From a candidate division FCPU426 bacterium (lineage in GTDB: Bacteria > Oederibacteriota > Muellerivitia > Muellerivitales > Muellerivitaceae): a stretch of 64,000 nt of DNA. Shown here in pieces: positions 50,147-59,479 of the stretch; within the stretch, counting starts at the first letter, position 1; the number at the start of each line of letters is the position of its first letter. The translations under genes were made by a program, and so were the position numbers. The notes under the pieces are model-generated. The model saw only the letters and a program-made list of their open reading frames with translations, searched no databases and had not been told where the DNA came from. The stretch is from contig CAWHOE010000019.1 in the NCBI GenBank assembly GCA_963830915.1, positions 1-64,000 on the forward strand, read 5' to 3'.

Positions 50147-50866
50147 TCAGCTTAAGGGATTGGACCCTAAACGAAGGATCAAGGCACGACCGAGATATTT
50201 CAAAAGAGTGGTCAACCCCAGCTTGGACTCGCCTCGAGTGCGGTCGATGAACTCGATGGGAACTTCAATCACTCGAAGCTTGGCCCGATAACAACGGAAA
50301 AGGATCTCGGACACGGTGAAGGGGTCCCTCGCCTTCAGGGTATCGACTTTGATCTTGGTCAAAGCTTCCTTTGAAAAGGCCCGGAAACCCGAGGTCGGGT
50401 CGTTGGCTTTCAACCCCAGCACGAATTTCAAGTATTGCTTGGCAAAACCACTGGTAAGTTGCCGGTGGATGGGTCGGTCCACATCCTTTCCTCCTGGGAT
50501 GTAACGACTGCCCAAAACCACATCGGCCTCGCCTGATTGGATCGGGGCGATCAGGGAAGGGATGAATTTCGGCTGATGGGAAAGATCCCCATCCATTTCG
50601 ACAACCGCGTCCGCCCCCATGGACAAGGCCTTAACGAAACCGTCTCGGCCCGCCCAACCCCTGCCTTTTACAGCCTTTTCACGCAAGAGTAAATGAAGTT
50701 TCTGGTCTGTTTTCATCATTTTTTGAACTTCCTCGAAGGTGCCGTCCGGGGAGGAATCATCCACCACCAACACCTCGGCTTGGGGGACGTTTTGATACAG
50801 TAACGAGACCAACTCGCCGATATTGGTCCTCTCGTTGTATGTGGGGACCATGATGATCGTTTTCAT
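50147..50866 (-). CDS. Polyprenol monophosphomannose synthase-like GT2 (DPM1/Ppm1-like)
   Basis: PTYNE, VDDSSPDGT, EMDGDLSH, GSRY, DPTSGFR. Confidence 0.88.
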   Translation of the reverse strand: MKTIIMVPTYNERTNIGELVSLLYQNVPQAEVLVVDDSSPDGTFEEVQKMMKTDQKLHLLLREKAVKGRGWAGRDGFVKALSMGADAVVEMDGDLSHQPKFIPSLIAPIQSGEADVVLGSRYIPGGKDVDRPIHRQLTSGFAKQYLKFVLGLKANDPTSGFRAFSKEALTKIKVDTLKARDPFTVSEILFRCYRAKLRVIEVPIEFIDRTRGESKLGLTTLLKYLGRALILRLGSNPLS

Positions 50867-50908
50867 TTGACCCGTTCCTTGAATGGGATCGCCGGAAGAA
50901 CCTGACCG

Positions 50909-52033
50909 TTAAAGGACTTTTTTTAACTGTCGCTCGACAGCCGCTAACATATCTTTCTCTTTCAGATTGTCCATGCAGGAAACTTTTTGGGTGCATTGGT
51001 TCTGGTAATAACAGCCACAAGGGATGTTTGGCAGGACCTTTTCACCTTGTCCATAAAGGTCGATCTCGACATCGGAAGTTGGTCCAAAGTAGGCGACCAG
51101 CCTTTTATTCAGCGCGATGGCCACATGCAGGGCCAGGGTATCCCCGGTCACCAGGACCTGGCACAGATCCATCAAAGAGGCGAACTGGCGAAGGGTGTTG
51201 TCGGTGCCAGTGGAGAGGCAAATTCCCTTTAGTTTTTTGGCTAAGGCCGGCATCAATTCTCTTTCTTCCGGCCCGCCGTAAAGTAGGATGCCAACCTTTG
51301 GATATTTCTTTTTAAGGGTCTTGGCCAGCCATGAAAAACCATCCAACCGCCAACGTTTCATGGGCCAGCGTCCTCCTGAACCGATATTGAAACCGACGAC
51401 CTTCTTGAATTTAGTGAGCTTGTTCTTGCGGGCGAATTCCTTCGCCCAGGACCTTTCTTTTTCGGTCAGGACCAACTGGGGTTTTTCCCCTTGGTAAGTC
51501 AGGCCAGCTAGCTTGAAAAGATGGTCTTGATAGGTGCGTTGGTTGGCCCTTTTGACCGTGTCGAAAATGCCCATCTCGAACCAGGTGTAGGAGGACTCTT
51601 CCAAGGGAACGACCGCGCCTTCTTTGGACAATCCGAAACCGTGTTTTTGTCCGGCATTAGCCAGGTGCAGGATGGCGGCGGCTTTGCGGCTCATGTCGAA
51701 ATTAAAAGCGCGGGCGAAGAGAGTGGCACCCAGATATCCCGGCAAGGCTCCGTCGGGTGTAAGAAGGACATCGATGAATGGATTCTTCTCCAAAAGCGGT
51801 TTCGAGGAAGGCTCGGTGACCCACCAAATGGAAAGCCCTGGTTTGGCTTTAAGGGCGGGTAAAAGAGAGGTGGATCGGAGCACGTCACCCGCGGCATCCA
51901 ATTTAATGATCAAGACCCTTTCCTGGACCGGTTCATATCGGGGACAGTCCTGGCAAATGACACCCTCGGTCTTATGGGGGGCGCAGGGTTTTTCTCCGGT
52001 AAAATATCGGCAATCGGGTCGAAAATAAAGCAT
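50909..52033 (-). CDS. GT9 glycosyltransferase (heptosyltransferase-like)
   Basis: IKLDAAGDVL, KRW, TGDTLALH, FGPT. Cys-rich termini. Confidence 0.85.
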   Translation of the reverse strand: MLYFRPDCRYFTGEKPCAPHKTEGVICQDCPRYEPVQERVLIIKLDAAGDVLRSTSLLPALKAKPGLSIWWVTEPSSKPLLEKNPFIDVLLTPDGALPGYLGATLFARAFNFDMSRKAAAILHLANAGQKHGFGLSKEGAVVPLEESSYTWFEMGIFDTVKRANQRTYQDHLFKLAGLTYQGEKPQLVLTEKERSWAKEFARKNKLTKFKKVVGFNIGSGGRWPMKRWRLDGFSWLAKTLKKKYPKVGILLYGGPEERELMPALAKKLKGICLSTGTDNTLRQFASLMDLCQVLVTGDTLALHVAIALNKRLVAYFGPTSDVEIDLYGQGEKVLPNIPCGCYYQNQCTQKVSCMDNLKEKDMLAAVERQLKKVL

Positions 52034-52108
52034 GATCTTCCTTTGCAAGCATTGTAAAGCGTCAGACCCACCGTACCAAGTTTTTTGAACTTTTTATGGA
52101 CTCTTGTC

Positions 52109-53185
52109 TTATTTATTAGGGGAGGTCGATTTTCGAGCGGTAGCATAGAGAAGCAGGCTGTTGACCACGAACACATCCGTTAGTTCGAAACCGTTTTGGC
52201 TTAACGTGGCCTTCAAGCGGGTTTTAGTGAAATGGTGGATATGTCCACAACGATATTTGTGATAAAGGCTGCCGCGGATATAACCCATGTAAAGACAATT
52301 GAGATTGAAAAGGGTGAAGAATGGCCCAAGGAAATAATCATATGGAACGGTGATCAGGAAAGTGCCGTCATCCTTGAGGATTCGTCGTACCTCGGCAAGA
52401 ACGCTGACATGATCGAATACGTGCTCTAGAACCTCGGACATCAGGATCAGGTCGAACCCTTTGGTCTTGAGACCTGTCTTGGCTAGATCGGCGCAGACCT
52501 TGTAATCCTTTAGCCGCTTGTTGCGTTTAGCCCATTGGAGCATCTTTTCATTGATATCCACTCCGAAAACAGGAAGATGCGGGGTATTCCACCAGCAGTT
52601 TCCGCATCCCAAATCGGCCATCTTGGTCCCTTTCTTGAAATTCTTTGAGACGAATTCGGTAAGGCGTTCGTAACGGGAGCGGTGATACCAGGCCCGGAAT
52701 TTGCTGACCTTCTGTTCATTGGTGTTATCGTCATAATAGCTTTCGTTCATTTCCCGATATTCGACCTCCGCCATTTTGGCCGAGCTGAAGGTCGCGATCC
52801 GGTTCAAGAGGGCGTTGGAAACGGCCAGGATCGCCAGACAAGTCAAAAGCCCGATCGGGAGGGATAGGCCGAAATGAGCGATGAAAATCCACAAAAGAGC
52901 CGCGCTACCGACCGATACCCAGAAACTCAAGAAGATATGGATGGGTAGGGAGGTTCGCATGCGGATCTCTTGATTCACATAAACCACGTTGTAATAGAAA
53001 TAATGGAATACTTGGTTGAAGAAAGTTCCGAGGAAAAAAGCCAACAAAGGGTTAACCGAGAATTTTTGGGCCAGGATCAGGGTGACCCCGGCGTTCAAGA
53101 GAGCTCCCATTAGTCCGCCGAATAGAAAGATAAGAATGGACGGATGGCGCCATCGATTTACGACCCTGTGTTCGGGCATAGTCAA
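52109..53185 (-). CDS. GtrA-like membrane domain fused to class I SAM methyltransferase
   Basis: Four hydrophobic N-terminal helices (FLFGG..GALLN; FFNQVFHY), then DLGCG and SEVLEH. Start 53185 or 53179. Confidence 0.75.
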   Translation of the reverse strand: MTMPEHRVVNRWRHPSILIFLFGGLMGALLNAGVTLILAQKFSVNPLLAFFLGTFFNQVFHYFYYNVVYVNQEIRMRTSLPIHIFLSFWVSVGSAALLWIFIAHFGLSLPIGLLTCLAILAVSNALLNRIATFSSAKMAEVEYREMNESYYDDNTNEQKVSKFRAWYHRSRYERLTEFVSKNFKKGTKMADLGCGNCWWNTPHLPVFGVDINEKMLQWAKRNKRLKDYKVCADLAKTGLKTKGFDLILMSEVLEHVFDHVSVLAEVRRILKDDGTFLITVPYDYFLGPFFTLFNLNCLYMGYIRGSLYHKYRCGHIHHFTKTRLKATLSQNGFELTDVFVVNSLLLYATARKSTSPNK

Positions 53186-53979
53186 CCTTTCCGAGCGACG
53201 ATGAAATAACAGGCCCCTGGCCCGCCATTTCGATTCAATGCGTCCTTAAGCCACCAGGAAGCCAAACGCTTGACCGGTTCCCGAGGTCCGAAAACCCATT
53301 TCCCGGTCAATACCCAAAGGATCTTGGAAGGTAAGGCCATGATCATCCATCGCTCGTAGGTGTGGAAAGTCTTGAGAGGAATGAGATATTCGGCTTTTTC
53401 CATCCTCAACCCGGCTTTTTTCAATCGTTTCGACCAGACCGTAGAGCTGTCCACGTGATGATGCTTGAACACCCTATTCAGACTGGTCACATACCAAAGA
53501 CCTAATTTCGAGAGGCCGATCCCCGCGAGTAATCTTTGGAAGAAGGTATCATTACTGAAGCACTCGCTGGGCACCGTGATCATCAACCGCCCCCCTCGCT
53601 TGAGCACCCTATGGATCTCACGCAAGGCTTGGTCAATATCCGGGATGTGCTCCAACACACAGTTGCTTACCACGGTCTTAAAACTGTTTGGCTTGAGGGG
53701 CAGGTCGGTGGCGCTGGCACAGATGGCTTTTCCATAACTGCCGCTTGCCGTGGCCCGTTCGATCTCCTTCGGGTCAAGGTCGATCCCCACTTCCAGTTTT
53801 TCACCGAAAGCTGTTCGACAGAGGAATCCGTCACCACAGCCTACGTCCAGGACGGGATGGACCAATTTTTCTTGGCTGAATCGATGGCATTCCAAAGCTC
53901 TCCAGAAAGCCATGGCCACAGGTGTGTGGGTGAGATATTCCTTGAAGAAGTCCACCCTGCTTTTTTCGATTTTTTTCAA
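53182..53979 (-). CDS. Class I SAM-dependent methyltransferase
   Basis: VLDVGCGDG, SNCVLEHIPD. Confidence 0.88.
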   Translation of the reverse strand: MKKIEKSRVDFFKEYLTHTPVAMAFWRALECHRFSQEKLVHPVLDVGCGDGFLCRTAFGEKLEVGIDLDPKEIERATASGSYGKAICASATDLPLKPNSFKTVVSNCVLEHIPDIDQALREIHRVLKRGGRLMITVPSECFSNDTFFQRLLAGIGLSKLGLWYVTSLNRVFKHHHVDSSTVWSKRLKKAGLRMEKAEYLIPLKTFHTYERWMIMALPSKILWVLTGKWVFGPREPVKRLASWWLKDALNRNGGPGACYFIVARKG

Positions 53980-54024
53980 TGGGGCTCCATATTTGAACTA
54001 GGACGATCCTCGTCCCTGCCTCGA

Positions 54025-56211
54025 TTAAATCTTCTTAGCGTAATGCTTCAGGACCTTTTGCACGGCAGAGATGACATCTTTGACATCCTGGTCAGACATG
54101 GCTGGATAAAGGGGAAGTGAAAATAGACGGTCGGCCAATCGGGTCGCCTCTGGCAGATCGGATCGCTTGATCTTGTATTTTTGCTGATAAAAGGGGTGCA
54201 AGTGCAGGGGGATATAATGGATCCCGGTCCCAACATTTTCCCCTTTGAGCGCGGAGATGATCCCGTCCCTGTCCAATGAGAGTTCCTCAAGCTTCAATAT
54301 GACGATATAAAGATGGTGATTGGTCAGGCGGTCTTTAGAACTATATTCAGGGCGAGAGAAACCTGGAAGGCCCTGGAAGGCCTGGTCGTACTGTTGGACG
54401 ATCTGGGTACGGCGCTCGTTGAACCCGTCCAATTTATCCAACTGATGCAGGCCGACAGCCGCTTGGACGTCGGTCATGTTGTATTTAAAACCAGGTTCGG
54501 TCACATAGGTCTGTGGTTTACCATCCGAGGTATACCGTTTCCAAGCGTCCTTATCCAAACCGTGCAGTACGAGGCGTCTTAAACGGTCTACCCATTTGCT
54601 ATCGTTGGTCGTGATGGCCCCGCCTTCGATGGCTGTCATGTTCTTGATGGGGTAGAAACTGAAACATGTGAAGGTGCTGAGTCCGCCTATCTTCTTTTTA
54701 CCGTAAATGGAACCCACCGAATGGGCCGCATCCTCGATCACATGGATCTTGTGTTTCTTGGCCAAGGCATGGATCTCCTTCAGGTCGCATGGATAGCCTG
54801 ACATATGGACCGGGATAATGGCCTTGGTCCGTTTGGTGATCTTTCGGGCGATGAGCTTAGTAGCCAGGTTCAATGTGGCTGGGTCGGCATCCACGAAGAC
54901 AGGCTTTGCGCCAACGTGTTCAACGACATTCACGGTGGCGGCGAACGTCAAGGTCGGGACGATGACCTCGTCCCCCGGACCGATATCCATGACCTTCAGG
55001 GCCAGGTGCAGGGCGGAGGTGCAGGAATCCACGGCGATACAATGTTTGACGTCAAGATAATGGGCCAGTTTTTCCTCGAATTTTTTAGTGCGCGGGCCGG
55101 TAGTGACCCAGCCTGAGCGCAATGTCTCGATCACTTCCTTTTCCTCTTCGGGTCCGATGAGGGGGAGCGCGAAAGGAAGGAAATTTTTTCGTATGGGCTC
55201 GCCGCCCTCGACGACGGGACGAACCACGAAGGATTTAAGGGTGCGGATGTTGTAATATTTGGCGTCGTTCTCGTCGGGTATAGTGCCGTCCCTCAAGGCC
55301 TTGGCGATCTCATTGATGGCGAAGGCGGCGTCATATTTGGGGATGAAGCCCAATTCAGAACGGATCTTGTCAAAAGCCACTCGGTAGGTGCGTTTGTCCG
55401 CGTCATCGGGTGTCCATTCCAATTCCACGTCCTTCAAGTTGGAGGCGACCATCTTGGCCAGATCGGCGATCTGATAGTTCTGATCATCACACCCCACGTT
55501 GAAGACCTTGCCGGATACTTTGGGCAGAGGTTCCTTGATGACTTGGCAATAGATGCGGGCTACATCCCGCACATGAATGAAAGGCCGCCATTGTTTGCCG
55601 CCGCCCATGATGAAGATCTTCTTTTTAGTGACGCCGTTCATGGTCATGAGGTTGATGGCAAGGTCAAAACGCATGCGGGGAGAGAGCCCGAAGACAGTGG
55701 AAAAACGAAGCGCGGTGGGGTGGAACCCCTCGCCTTGCAGTGAGAAAAGGTATTCCTCCGCCTTGATCTTGCTCTCGGCATAGGCCGAGACGGGGTTCTT
55801 GGGTGATTCCTCGGTGAGGATCTGGCCTTCCCCAAAACCGTAGACGCTGCAGGAGGATGAGAAAATGACCCGTTTCACCCCATCGCGTTTCGCCATGCGG
55901 AACAACTGACAGCTGCCATCCACGTTAACATCCTCGGTCAGGCCGGGACTCAATTCGCAGGAAGGGTCATTGGATAGGGCGGCCAGATGGATGATCGAGT
56001 CAAACTCTTTCAGGTTACGGCCGCTTTTTTCCAGGTTTCGAATGTCCATTTCCCAGGCTTTGACGGTCTTTTTCTTGAGAAGATCACCCAGGGTCGATTT
56101 TCCAAAATAGAACTTCTCCAAAATGGTCACCTCGTGACCTTCCGAGACCAACATGGGAACCAGGACCGACCCGATATAACCAGCGCCTCCCGTTACTAAG
56201 ACACTCGACAT
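54025..56211 (-). CDS. Fusion of NAD-dependent epimerase/dehydratase and DegT/ArnB PLP aminotransferase
   Basis: TGGAGYIG, SSCSVYG, YAESK, then SGWVTTGP, IEDAAH, SFYPIKNMT.EGG, GFKYNM. Confidence 0.9.
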   Translation of the reverse strand: MSSVLVTGGAGYIGSVLVPMLVSEGHEVTILEKFYFGKSTLGDLLKKKTVKAWEMDIRNLEKSGRNLKEFDSIIHLAALSNDPSCELSPGLTEDVNVDGSCQLFRMAKRDGVKRVIFSSSCSVYGFGEGQILTEESPKNPVSAYAESKIKAEEYLFSLQGEGFHPTALRFSTVFGLSPRMRFDLAINLMTMNGVTKKKIFIMGGGKQWRPFIHVRDVARIYCQVIKEPLPKVSGKVFNVGCDDQNYQIADLAKMVASNLKDVELEWTPDDADKRTYRVAFDKIRSELGFIPKYDAAFAINEIAKALRDGTIPDENDAKYYNIRTLKSFVVRPVVEGGEPIRKNFLPFALPLIGPEEEKEVIETLRSGWVTTGPRTKKFEEKLAHYLDVKHCIAVDSCTSALHLALKVMDIGPGDEVIVPTLTFAATVNVVEHVGAKPVFVDADPATLNLATKLIARKITKRTKAIIPVHMSGYPCDLKEIHALAKKHKIHVIEDAAHSVGSIYGKKKIGGLSTFTCFSFYPIKNMTAIEGGAITTNDSKWVDRLRRLVLHGLDKDAWKRYTSDGKPQTYVTEPGFKYNMTDVQAAVGLHQLDKLDGFNERRTQIVQQYDQAFQGLPGFSRPEYSSKDRLTNHHLYIVILKLEELSLDRDGIISALKGENVGTGIHYIPLHLHPFYQQKYKIKRSDLPEATRLADRLFSLPLYPAMSDQDVKDVISAVQKVLKHYAKKI

Positions 56212-56274
56212 AATTCTTTCCTTTCGAGGTTTATTGATGATCCGTCGGGGTGATGGCGGCTTTCAACCCCGAGG

Positions 56275-57150
56275 TCACTGCTTTCTCCATACATAATCTA
56301 GCTTAAAAGGCCCTGGTTCAAAACCGTTTCTCATATAAAAACGCAAGGCTCCCAGGTTTTCGGTCTGGGTTTTTACCCCCAGGGTGAATCCTACCAGCTT
56401 CTCGGCCCTTCTCCAGCTTTCGGCCACCAGCAGGCTGCCTACGCCCTTGCCCTGAGCGGCAGGGGAAACGGCAATGAGGTCGATCCAAAGGGAGCGATTT
56501 TTATCATCTTTTTTTAATGTCACGAAACCCAGGACTTTTTTATCGAGGGCCACGATAACCTCACTAGCGTACCCGCCCTTTACCGAGTTCTTGGCCCATT
56601 CCCCGTAGATTTTCTTGGCCCCGCCAGGGGGTAGTCCCGGCTCATGATAGAACCTACCCTCTTCAAAGGCTAAATGGGCGATCCTCACCAATTGGAGGGT
56701 ATCTTTTCCCTGGGCTTGCCTCAAAACGATGTTTTGACCTGGAACGGAAGAGGGCCTCAGCTGTTTCATCCGAAGGGTGGAAAGACCTCCGGCATAAGTA
56801 AAACCGATCCTTTCAAGGGCTTGAATGTAAGCGTGTTCGGACATGGAGAGCCGTGCGAAGACGGACGCGGCATTGAGTTTTTCGAACACATCGGGGAAAG
56901 AGGATACGGATTTTTTCAATGCTGTCCATGATCGGCCGGCGGCCCACCTTAATCCCAATCGAGTTTCTTTCAGGATGGAACTTTCCCAGTCAAGTTTAGC
57001 AAGGCAAAGGGCGGCATCCGCTTTGGCTCCCTGTGGGGTCATCCAAACCATTTCGGACGGATCGGGCAGGTTGAAGTCACCTTGTCGACAAGGTAGGGTC
57101 TGAAGGAGGGACCGCAGGCTTTGGGAGCTGCCCTTCGCTCTGGTGAACAA
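56275..57150 (-). CDS. GNAT acetyltransferase (WecD-like)
   Basis: LDWES, GRF.H, IDLIAV..QGKGVG, KTQTEN..ALRFY..GF. Confidence 0.8.
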   Translation of the reverse strand: MFTRAKGSSQSLRSLLQTLPCRQGDFNLPDPSEMVWMTPQGAKADAALCLAKLDWESSILKETRLGLRWAAGRSWTALKKSVSSFPDVFEKLNAASVFARLSMSEHAYIQALERIGFTYAGGLSTLRMKQLRPSSVPGQNIVLRQAQGKDTLQLVRIAHLAFEEGRFYHEPGLPPGGAKKIYGEWAKNSVKGGYASEVIVALDKKVLGFVTLKKDDKNRSLWIDLIAVSPAAQGKGVGSLLVAESWRRAEKLVGFTLGVKTQTENLGALRFYMRNGFEPGPFKLDYVWRKQ

Positions 57151-57192
57151 GAAAGACTCCTGGATGAATTTATGATCCGGACCTGTTTGCGC

Positions 57193-58128
57193 TCAATAGA
57201 TCCTGTCGATGACGTAACGGGGCCGTTTTTGCACTTCCGAGTAGATGCGGGCCAGATATTCCCCCATCAATCCCAGAAGCACGAACTGAATGCCGAAAAG
57301 GGCCAGCATCACCGCGATGAATGAGGTCAGACCTGAACCCCCTCCGCTTCCGTGGAGCAAACGGTATACCAACAACCAAACCCCCAGGCCCAATCCCACC
57401 CCTGAAAAGAGGAAACCAGCGTAGCTCACGACCCTAATGGGGTAATCTGAAAAACCTATCATGATGTTCAAGACGAAATTGAGGAGGGAAAAAAACTGGT
57501 ACTTGGATTTCCCGCGGGTGCGGGGATCATGGCGCACGGGGACCTCGATGACATTTCGACTCAGGATGTTCATCAACGCGGTGATATAAGTGGCTCGTTC
57601 CTCACATTTGAGAAAACGCTCGATCAACACTCGGCTATAGGCGCGGAGCATGCAACCGTAATCGTGGAGTTTGACGGTGGTCACTCGGGAAATAAGGCGA
57701 TTCACGATCCTGGAGGGGATCGTTCGCAAAAGGGAATCCTCGCGATGTTCCCGCCAACCGGCGGCGATATCGTAACCCTTTTCCACGGCGGCGACCAGTT
57801 TGGGGATCTCTTCGGGAGGATTCTGAAGGTCCGCGTCCAGGGTGACGATGACTTTTCCTTTGCATTCAGCCATCCCTGCTGTTACTGCCGGATGCTGGCC
57901 GTAATTCCTGGCGAAATGAACGACTTTCATGTGGGGATATTTTTTCTTCAAGGTCAATAACAGTTCCAGGCTTCCGTCGGTACTGCCGTCGTTGACGAAA
58001 AGGGCCTCATAACTTTTCCCGGTGGTTTTCAATACCTTGAAGAGCCTTTCGCAGAGTTCTTCCAGGCAAAGTTTCTCGTTGAAAACAGGAATGATCACCG
58101 AAATGGCGGGGAAAGGGGAGGTGGGCAT
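57193..58128 (-). CDS. GT2 undecaprenyl-phosphate glycosyltransferase (ArnC-like)
   Basis: RNYGQHPA, TLDADLQNPPEEIP, DYGCMLRAY, two TMs, GEYLARIY..RPRY. Confidence 0.88.
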   Translation of the reverse strand: MPTSPFPAISVIIPVFNEKLCLEELCERLFKVLKTTGKSYEALFVNDGSTDGSLELLLTLKKKYPHMKVVHFARNYGQHPAVTAGMAECKGKVIVTLDADLQNPPEEIPKLVAAVEKGYDIAAGWREHREDSLLRTIPSRIVNRLISRVTTVKLHDYGCMLRAYSRVLIERFLKCEERATYITALMNILSRNVIEVPVRHDPRTRGKSKYQFFSLLNFVLNIMIGFSDYPIRVVSYAGFLFSGVGLGLGVWLLVYRLLHGSGGGSGLTSFIAVMLALFGIQFVLLGLMGEYLARIYSEVQKRPRYVIDRIY

Positions 58129-58250
58129 GGTTCCAGGTGTCTCCTTAGTGGATATTGAATGGTAAACCAGATTAGCCACAGTTTATCAGACATTCGGAAG
58201 CCTGGGGAGGGCTTCCTCCTCCGATGGGGGACCTTTCCGGCGAGGATTTA

Positions 58251-59453
58251 TCAGGTAAGGGAAACCTTTTGAGCGATTTCGCGGCCTATGGGCAGGGAAG
58301 CGGTCGCGGCGGGTGAAGGAGCGTTCAAGACGTGAAGGACATTTTCGGCCTCCAAGAACTTGAAATCGTCCAAAAGAGCTCCTCCAGTATCCAGGGCTTG
58401 GGCTCGGACACCTGATCCGCCAGTTACGAGATCTTTACCCTCGATGTCCGGCACCAATTTCTGCAGGGCTTTGACAAAAGCGGATTTGAACAAGGATCGA
58501 TAGATCTCGTGGAGCCCATCGCCGCCGTATTTGAAGGCCATGATCCAGAATCCTGGATAAGTGAGGGTTTCCAAGGCGTCCCTTAAATTGAAACTGAATT
58601 TTCCATAACCTTCCCTTTTATAGGCCAGGACGGCGTTAGGACCGGCTTCCACCCCGCCGTGGATCATGTTGGTGAAATGAACACCTAAAAATGGGAATAG
58701 CGGGTTAGGGACAGGGTAGATGAGGTTTTTGACCAGAGACTCGGCTTCGGGTTTCAAACTGTAGTATTCCCCACGGAAGGGAATGATCTTTACTTTCGGG
58801 GATAAGCCGCATGTTCGCGCGACCCGGTCGCTGTGAAGTCCCCCGCAATTGACCAAATACTTAGCCTTGAAGTCTCCCTGGTTGGTTTTCAGGATCCAAA
58901 GGTTGTCCTGGCGGGTTGCCGAGAAAAGGCGGGTGTTGGTCTGAAGGGTTCCTCCTGACTTTTGGATCAATTCAGCCATCTTTAAACAGACTTCTTTGTA
59001 ATCAACGATACCTGTTCCGGGCACCTTAAGGGCTTTAACGCCTTTGGCGTGGGGTTCCAATTCTTTCAAATGGTCGGGACCGATCAACTCCAACCCCGCC
59101 ACTCCATTGGCCAAGCCCCTCTGATGAAGTTGTTCCAACAGAGGGATCTCCTGGGGGCCGGTGGCCACAACGACTTTTCCCGTAATGCGGCAGGCTACCT
59201 GGTGGGTCTGACAGAATTCTTTCATTTCCCTGGCGCCCTCCACGCTCAAACGAGCCTTGAAGGAGCCTGGTTTGTAGTAGAGTCCGGAATGGATGACGCC
59301 TGAATTGTGGCCCGTTTGGTGATAGGCCAAGGAGTCTTCTTTCTCGATCAATAAAAGGGAGGATCCCGGATATTTTTCAAGCAGGGCTTTGGCAGTGGCG
59401 AGGCCCACGATGCCCCCGCCTACCACGGCGAATTGATACGGGTTGTTCGACAT
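58251..59453 (-). CDS. lhgO: L-2-hydroxyglutarate oxidase family FAD oxidoreductase
   Basis: GGGIVG, HQTGHNSGVIHSGLYY.PGS.KA, PFLGVH, GVRAQA, NAPSPAATAS. Confidence 0.9.
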   Translation of the reverse strand: MSNNPYQFAVVGGGIVGLATAKALLEKYPGSSLLLIEKEDSLAYHQTGHNSGVIHSGLYYKPGSFKARLSVEGAREMKEFCQTHQVACRITGKVVVATGPQEIPLLEQLHQRGLANGVAGLELIGPDHLKELEPHAKGVKALKVPGTGIVDYKEVCLKMAELIQKSGGTLQTNTRLFSATRQDNLWILKTNQGDFKAKYLVNCGGLHSDRVARTCGLSPKVKIIPFRGEYYSLKPEAESLVKNLIYPVPNPLFPFLGVHFTNMIHGGVEAGPNAVLAYKREGYGKFSFNLRDALETLTYPGFWIMAFKYGGDGLHEIYRSLFKSAFVKALQKLVPDIEGKDLVTGGSGVRAQALDTGGALLDDFKFLEAENVLHVLNAPSPAATASLPIGREIAQKVSLT

Positions 59454-59479
59454 ATAAGTTTCCTTTCGCGATAACGGAT

